Below are positions 21,852 to 22,590 of a stretch of DNA of 22,590 nucleotides, one piece after another; the first letter of the stretch is position 1, and each line of letters begins with the position of its first letter. The notes below the pieces were generated by a model. It was not told the origin of the DNA. It searched no databases and worked only from the letters and a program-made list of their open reading frames with translations. Source of the stretch: a virus. The stretch is from the IMG/VR virus record IMGVR_UViG_3300006598_000001, positions 1 to 22,590 of that record. One strand, 5' to 3'. The position numbers and the translations under genes are program-made.

Positions 21852-22159
21852 TCGATATCGTTGATTTCACACCCAAGGGCATGGATGTTTACGACACTCA
21901 AACTGAGAGGGCCGCCAATATCTTGTCGGTTCAAATCGGCTCACTCGAATATGCTCAGGATCTAGGCATCGATCTCCGTTACTTTTTGACCGAGAATATT
22001 AAATTTCAAAACGCCAGTTTCAAGGGTTACCTAGTCCAAAGTTTGGCCAATCGAGGGATCAATGTGGCCAGCGTGCTCGAAGTGCTTGAGGCTCTGTCGT
22101 CAAACTATACAATCAACCTGAGCCCAGAGGAAAACTCCACTGGCTGGGTGGCGAGGTAA
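21848..22159 (+). CDS. Baseplate wedge protein, gpW / gp25-like
   Basis: ATGA overlap with the upstream gene. It is 103 aa. ILSVQIGSLEYAQDLGIDL parallels P2 gpW ILRTPVGSRVMRRDYGSLL. It precedes the J-like gene. Confidence 0.5.
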   Translation: MIDIVDFTPKGMDVYDTQTERAANILSVQIGSLEYAQDLGIDLRYFLTENIKFQNASFKGYLVQSLANRGINVASVLEVLEALSSNYTINLSPEENSTGWVAR

Positions 22160-22163
22160 TTAA

Positions 22164-22590
22164 ATGGGATATGCTCAGGAAAACGGTTACACACCGGTTG
22201 ATATCGAAACAATCATGGCCTCAATCATGGCCAATATTAATACCCAATTTGAGCTGGATCCCCCATACACCATGGACACTTTCGTTGGGACCAACGCTTA
22301 CAAGTATTTTTATGCGCTTGCGCAAAAGGCTCAGGAGGGGGAGGTCAAGACCTCTGAAATTTTTCAAAAACTCCAGGGCTATTTCGATCAAATCAATGCT
22401 CGGATCTCACGACCTGTCGTAACTCAACCCGGCACCATTGAAAAAATTGAGATGGAGGGATACCAGACCTCGGTCAAGGCCATGATTGAGGCTGACGCCG
22501 GTAAGCGCCACATTTGCATTGACGTTGACGATGGGGTGCACGCAACCGGTGAAGTTGAAATCACCAGCTATGCCAACCTAGTCGATGGCA
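22164..22590 (+). CDS. Baseplate J-like protein (P2 gpJ / Mu gp47 class), 5' part; continues into 2..859 across the junction (391 aa in total)
   Basis: ATG 22164 follows SD gaggt with a 6-nt spacer. The frame is open to the window end (MGYAQENGYTPVDIETIMASIMANINTQF...) although absent from the supplied ORF track. Position 22482 corresponds to position 2, so the frame is continuous with ORF 2..859. Confidence 0.7.
   Translation, partial: MGYAQENGYTPVDIETIMASIMANINTQFELDPPYTMDTFVGTNAYKYFYALAQKAQEGEVKTSEIFQKLQGYFDQINARISRPVVTQPGTIEKIEMEGYQTSVKAMIEADAGKRHICIDVDDGVHATGEVEITSYANLVDG
22481..22590. repeat. Terminal direct repeat, copy 2 (exact copy of 1..110)
   Basis: Same 110-nt string as 1..110. 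Unique genome length is therefore 22,480 bp. Confidence 0.95.

Overview
The window is a complete, circularly closed genome of a very small tailed phage. Bases 1-110 are repeated exactly at 22481-22590, so the unique length is 22,480 bp, and one gene (baseplate J-like, 22164..22590 plus 2..859) reads in frame across the junction. All genes but one are on the + strand and are tightly packed, with many start/stop overlaps (GTGA, ATGA, TAATG, TTGA).

Gene order:
- baseplate J-like and I-like proteins and a tail fiber (22164..2479, across the junction)
- lysis cassette: small membrane proteins, an out-of-frame overlapping lipoprotein gene, and a two-domain endolysin with a GH24 lysozyme C-terminus (2491..4768)
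- a terminator/promoter-bounded lipoprotein moron (4971..5222)
- RusA-like resolvase, the only minus-strand gene (5219..5608)
- a 548-bp non-coding region with nested long-range complementarity (5609..6156)
- early operon: ERF-type annealing protein, micro-ORFs, a mini methyltransferase and a DUF3850/ASCH-like protein (6157..8638)
- terminase with a fused N-terminal small-subunit-like HTH, then portal, Mu F-like protein, scaffold, two decoration-like paralogs and the major capsid protein (8670..15696)
- neck proteins, sheath, tube, a G/GT-type chaperone with an A10 slippery run, a short tape measure and a miniature Mu-order baseplate (15780..22159)

The most unusual observation is one ~115-aa Ala/Thr/Gly-rich module inserted internally into three unrelated virion proteins: the sheath, one of two tandem decoration paralogs, and the baseplate J-like protein. 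No tRNA, CRISPR array, integrase, reverse transcriptase or recognisable replication initiator was seen. All functional calls come from motif recognition and synteny by eye; no database search was run.
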